Source of the DNA: Myxococcota bacterium
GTDB lineage: Bacteria; Myxococcota_A; SURF-8; G963663525
Length of the DNA stretch: 64,000 nucleotides
Direction: 5' to 3'
NCBI GenBank assembly: GCA_963676915.2
Contig: CAXXVK010000074.1
Location: forward strand, 24,270-88,269
In this document: one piece after another, positions 59,769 to 64,000 of the stretch
How the letters are laid out: the number at the start of each line of letters is the position of its first letter
How positions within the stretch are numbered: position 1 is the stretch's first letter
Position numbers and translations under genes: made by a program
The notes under the pieces: model-generated
Database searches by the model: none
Told to the model about the DNA's origin: nothing
What the model saw: the letters and a program-made list of their open reading frames with translations, nothing else

Positions 59769-61424
59769 TTATTGACATGCTTCGATTGTGGCGTCCTCGA
59801 AAACCAGAAATGCGATGGTCGCGGGAGGCATTTCGAACCAGGCCGTTTCCAGGCACTGTCGAGCTACCGGTTCCATGTCGGGAAACTCGTTTGTTTCAGG
59901 AAGTGTCAGAGTAACACCATTCAGGCGGATTTCTCGTCCCAGTAAATCCGAGGCATCGAACACGTAAGTATCGAAATTCAGTGGTAAATCCGGAAGAGCG
60001 ACGACCTTGGACCGGTTACGGTCGATGTTGAGTAACATCACGGTGACGCCTCCCGTTTCACTATTTTTCAGGCAATGGCTATAGGTGCGTAAGGTAGAGT
60101 CTTCTTCCGAAACCTCCAGCACACGTTCGCCCATCAGGCGTTTCCAGAACAGCGAAAGCCAGTAGTCCGGGTTCGGTTCGAGTGTGGAATCTCGGATCAT
60201 GCCGTAATCCGAACCTGAGAGCGATTGTCGCACCACGATGGGTTGCCCACGGCGTGCCATCTGTCCCAACTCGTCGAGCCACCAGAAACTCGATACGAAG
60301 CGGTCGGAAATACCCCTGGCTCCTCCGCATTGGGCATTGCCGGATTCCCCCAACCACACGGGTTTGGTAGGGGCGTGTTCATCTCGGAGGGCTTCCACCT
60401 GATCGGCCCAAGTGGCGATTTCGTCGAGGTTTTCCGGGTCGAGCATGGTGTACTCTTCGGCGGGAAGACTTTGCAGCGGGCAGCGATCGGATTGCTGAGG
60501 ATAAAAATGCCAGGTGATGATGTCGAGGTAATCCCCGCCACCAGACGTTATGAAATCGGGATAAATCGCGGCCATTTCTCCCCAGTCAGGCCAAAATGCA
60601 CAAGAAGGACCGGCGATCGGGGTGGAGGGATCGATTTCGTCCCGCAGGACTTGCAGTCGTTTCATGTCTTCGGCATATTTGGCACCGGGAATGGACCAGT
60701 CCGTACCGTGGAACAGCGAGTAGCCGTTGATTTCATTGCCCAATTCCCAGACGGTGACGGGGTATCGCTGTTCGATGGTGTACTGCATCCAACTTTTTAC
60801 ACACTCGGGATTCCATTGTTTTTCCTCGTCTCTGCACCCCGGTCCGGCATTCAGTGTGAAAAACAGTTCGAAACCGAATTCCTTTGCAAAGGCATTGACC
60901 GCGTCCCACTGGTTTTTCGTGAATACGAAGTGGAAAGGCTCCGTTGCCTCGTCGGGGGGATTGTCCGAGAGGTCGTATTGTACGACATCCGCTTCCGAAC
61001 CGCCGATTCGAAGAAATGCGGGGGCGAGTGGAGCCGCCAGCGCGTGCAGTCGTTCACGGCTGAAATCGAAGGGGTCGCAAAGCTCGGAGCCTACCGCCCC
61101 GCCTTCGCCGTCTTCCGACCACCAGTGACCACCTACGACCTGGGACGTGTCGATGGCGAATGAAAGGAATTTTTCATCTACCTCAGCCACTGGAGTGCTG
61201 GTATCGAGGAGCACCGGAATTGTGGCTTCATCCGGGGGTGCGAGAGGTACGATTTCCGTTTCCTGTTCGAGGTCGGTGTCTCCGTCAGCGGGAGAGTTGT
61301 CGTCACCCCCACCGCATCCGAAGAAAAACAAAATAAGGCCAAAACTCAGGAATAAACGAATGTCGTTTCGTTGTTTTAATAGGTGATGTGTGCGAGTTGA
61401 GAACTCGTCGGATGTGGAAGTCAT
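59769..61424 (-). CDS. GH79 (heparanase/beta-glucuronidase-like) lipoprotein
   Basis: Lipobox FFGC; FLSFAID, FLRIGGSEAD, WELGNEIN (acid/base), ITWHFY, WLGESG (nucleophile), FWWLDELG, VVRQSL, PNPDYW. Confidence 0.9.
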   Translation of the reverse strand: MTSTSDEFSTRTHHLLKQRNDIRLFLSFGLILFFFGCGGGDDNSPADGDTDLEQETEIVPLAPPDEATIPVLLDTSTPVAEVDEKFLSFAIDTSQVVGGHWWSEDGEGGAVGSELCDPFDFSRERLHALAAPLAPAFLRIGGSEADVVQYDLSDNPPDEATEPFHFVFTKNQWDAVNAFAKEFGFELFFTLNAGPGCRDEEKQWNPECVKSWMQYTIEQRYPVTVWELGNEINGYSLFHGTDWSIPGAKYAEDMKRLQVLRDEIDPSTPIAGPSCAFWPDWGEMAAIYPDFITSGGGDYLDIITWHFYPQQSDRCPLQSLPAEEYTMLDPENLDEIATWADQVEALRDEHAPTKPVWLGESGNAQCGGARGISDRFVSSFWWLDELGQMARRGQPIVVRQSLSGSDYGMIRDSTLEPNPDYWLSLFWKRLMGERVLEVSEEDSTLRTYSHCLKNSETGGVTVMLLNIDRNRSKVVALPDLPLNFDTYVFDASDLLGREIRLNGVTLTLPETNEFPDMEPVARQCLETAWFEMPPATIAFLVFEDATIEACQ

Positions 61425-61684
61425 CGGAACCTCAATAACGAAAAGGAAGAGATGAAAAACCCGTACACTGTAGCGTAAGCATGGAAAAATGCCAACCCTT
61501 ACGAGGAGCTTAACGAATCCCTAACAAAACCGGATTTTGGGTTGCAGATAGGTGAAATCCATGAAAAAACTCATGTTTTTTCATATCGTGCCGATGGTAT
61601 TGAAGAATGATCTCAAAGAGAAAATCGAGAAGTGCGGTTTTTCTGGGAGCGTTCTGACGGGGAGAGAATTCGACGCACTTTTGC

Positions 61685-61713
61685 TTGAAAATGCCCCCAA
61701 AAAGAATTATTAT
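61685..61713 (+). promoter_or_regulatory. Sigma-70-type promoter for hpf
   Basis: TTGAAA-N17-TATTAT. Confidence 0.6.
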
Positions 61714-61863
61714 TGAGAAAGCATGAAACGATACGAACGAATCTCATTTTTTCATTACATCATCCAATTTAGTGGCGACGGTCTGTCTGATAACAGAACC
61801 CGTGGCCGACATGTGCCCGAGGATCGGGCGTAACTGGGTAACCCACTGAAGAAAGGGGCCGCC

Positions 61864-62181
61864 ATGAATCTCAACATCCGTTTCAAAGGTCTGGAATCCT
61901 CCGAAGCCCTCAAAAAGTACCTTGACGAGCGGACAAAGAAACTGGCCAAATTCCTACCCCCCTCGGTTGTTGTCAACGCAACGCTTCTGGAAGACAAAAA
62001 CCGAAAAAGTACAGAAATTAACTTTAATTACAAAGGCAATAATTACGTGGCGAAGCAGGAAACCGAAAGCATGTTCGCTTCGATCGACGAGGCGATTGAC
62101 AAGCTGACCCGCCAACTCGCCAAAGCCAAGGACAAAAAAACCAACCGACAAGCTCCTCCTCCCGAAAGCGACATTTTCTGA
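61864..62181 (+). CDS. hpf: Ribosome hibernation promoting factor (short HPF/RaiA)
   Basis: MNLNIRFKGLESSEALKKY, SMFASIDEAIDKLTRQLAKAKDK. Confidence 0.92.
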   Translation: MNLNIRFKGLESSEALKKYLDERTKKLAKFLPPSVVVNATLLEDKNRKSTEINFNYKGNNYVAKQETESMFASIDEAIDKLTRQLAKAKDKKTNRQAPPPESDIF

Positions 62182-62209
62182 TCGTTTCGGACCTACATAT
62201 TTCAAACAC

Positions 62210-62242
62210 AAAAACGGGGTGGCGTGTGCCACCCCGTTTTTT
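62210..62242. terminator. Bidirectional terminator
   Basis: AAAAACGGGGTGGC-GTGT-GCCACCCCGTTTTT. Confidence 0.88.
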
Positions 62243-62258
62243 ATCGAAATGAGTTTTT

Positions 62259-63342
62259 TTAGCGGCTTTTACGAAGAATATCCAAAATGCGCTCGGCGGT
62301 TTTACCGTCCCAAAGTTCCGGAATCTTTCCCTTTTTGTTGCCTGATCGATGCGCTTTGTACGCGTCGAGGATGCCTTGCTTCGTAGTACCAGCAAGAAGG
62401 TTGGTACCTTCTTCGATGGTGACGGGACGCTCGGTGTTTTCGCGGATCGTGATGCAGGGAATTCCCAGCGCCGTACTTTCTTCCTGCAGTCCGCCAGAAT
62501 CGGTCAGCAACAGGCTGGCGTCTTTCCAGAGAGTCAGGAATTCGAGATAGGGCAGGGGAGGAAGCAGGTGGAATCTCGGGCCTTCCAGCATGGATTCCAA
62601 CCCGAAGTTTTCGAGTTGCTTTTTCGTTCGCGGATGGATCGGGAAAAACAGCGTCAATTCCTCTGCAATGACTTGCAAGGCTTCGAGAATTTCAGTGAAT
62701 TTATCTTTGTCGTCCACGTTGGAAGGACGGTGCAGGGTCATTACGGCGAACGGGGCGTGTTCGGCTCCGGGAGAAGGAAGCGAGCGCACTTTTTTCAGAT
62801 TGTGGAACAAGGTATCGATCATGATGTTTCCGGTCAGGAACACCTTGTCGTCGCTTTTGCCCTCGGCTTTGAGGTTTTCGATACCGCTTTTTTCACTGAC
62901 GAACAGGTAATCGGAGATCGAGTCGGTGACGATGCGGTTGATTTCCTCCGGCATTTGCATGTCACCGCTACGCAAACCCGCTTCGACGTGCACTACGTCG
63001 ATATCTAGCTTTTTCGCCGTGATCGAGCAAGCCAGCGTAGAGTTCACATCGCCCACCACGAGGACCGCATCCGGGGTTTCGTCGAGGCAGACTTTTTCGA
63101 ATTCCACCATGATTTTCGCGGTTTGCACCGCATGGCTTCCGCTGCCAACATTGAGAAAGTAATCCGGCTGAGGAATTTCCAAATCGTCGAAAAACGCTTT
63201 CGACATGGTGTAAATCGTAATGTTGACCTGTATGGACGAGTTTCCAGGTCAGTCCCCCTTCCGGCTCGTTTCGCAGTACGTGGACCAGTGGGGCGATTTT
63301 CATGAAATTGGGCCGTGCACCCGCGACGATAATCAGCTTCAT
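62259..63342 (-). CDS. wecB: UDP-N-acetylglucosamine 2-epimerase (non-hydrolysing); single frameshift at about 63212
   Basis: GARPNFMKIAP..HTGQHYD in one frame, MSKAFF..VVGDVNST, HVEAGLRS, TLHRPSNVD, TDSGGLQEE in the next; removing one T restores QHYDYTMSKAFF. Confidence 0.9.
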
Positions 63343-63361
63343 GGTTCGACTCTTTCGATCG

Positions 63362-64000
63362 TTAGGCGTTTGGTTCGGAGATCAGTAAACGGCGGACACG
63401 TTCGCGCATGACCTTGGCCAGGAACACAGGGATGATCTTTGTTCGTTTGAGGCGGACACGGGGTTCTTTCATCACCCGATACACCCACTCCATACCCACT
63501 TTCTGGAAACTTTCGGGGGCGCGTATGACCGTACCGACGATTGTATCCAAAGTGCCGCCGATGCCCATGAAAACTTTAACACCCAACTTGTCGGCGTGGG
63601 CTTCGATCCATTTTTCCTGTCTTGGGCTGCCTAGTGCGGCAAAAAGGATGTCCAGCTTTCGATTCGTTGATACGCTCGATAAATTCGTCCATTCCGTCTT
63701 CTTTAAGGTACCCGTGCTGACGGCCGACAATCTGAATGCCTGGGCACCGTTTTTCCAATTCTTCCTACAGCGTTACGGTTGACTTCTTCTTTGGCTCCGT
63801 AAATAAAAATGCGCCAGCCTCGCTTTGGAGCTTCGCGGCAGATGTTCTGCATCAGGTCTGCTCCGGGAACTCTCTCGATTTTTCGACCGTAAAGAATGGC
63901 TGTTGCATAAACCACCCCGACACCGTCGGAATCAAAAGGGCGGCTTGTTCGAACATGCGTTTGAGGAACGGATCTTTATTGATGGTGAGGATTTTTTCCG
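63362..64000 (-). CDS. WecG/TagA/CpsF family glycosyltransferase (5'-partial, several frameshifts)
   Basis: Fragments ERVPGADLM, IFIYGAKEEV, PGIQIVGRQHGY, FAALGSPRQEKWI, GIGGTLD, RAPESFQKVGMEWVYR. Confidence 0.85.

Overview
A gene-dense bacterial chromosomal window whose gene content (Desulfobacterota-style Fhs/FolD/RACo/CooC, myxobacterial-style Cys/Gly-rich lipoproteins, a sigma-54 enhancer system) suggests an anaerobic deltaproteobacterial/Myxococcota-like lineage; this taxonomic placement is inference only. From left to right it holds: the 5' part of an MmeI-like restriction-modification gene in a probable island downstream of tmRNA; tmRNA (tag AEENYSMAA); a complete his operon with a His-rich leader/attenuator and two unusual fusions (HisC-HAD phosphatase, HisA-HisI-HisE); a protoporphyrin-route heme operon; an IS5-family element inserted in the cooC stop codon; Wood-Ljungdahl methyl-branch and accessory genes; rpmE-DUF1385-prfA; a Tro-type metal ABC transporter in which both permeases carry DtxR-like domains; an MFS/SDR/Tat-amidohydrolase operon; secreted lipoprotein enzymes; a VapBC-type pair; nth, uvrD and rpsU; an atypical initiator tRNA; hsp20; a sigma-54-controlled TolC-MFP-RND operon with a perfect 20-bp inverted-repeat enhancer; hpf with a structured leader; and wecB/wecG. 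Two clusters of homopolymer frameshifts (about 29.6-31.1 kb and 63.2-64 kb) look like assembly errors. The strongest leads are a shared acidic [DE]GDxD tether on unrelated lipoprotein enzymes, the non-canonical initiator tRNA, the his fusions and attenuator, the double permease-DtxR fusion, the hpf leader RNA and the sigma-54 module. No CRISPR array or rRNA was seen. All calls are by manual reading; no searches were run.
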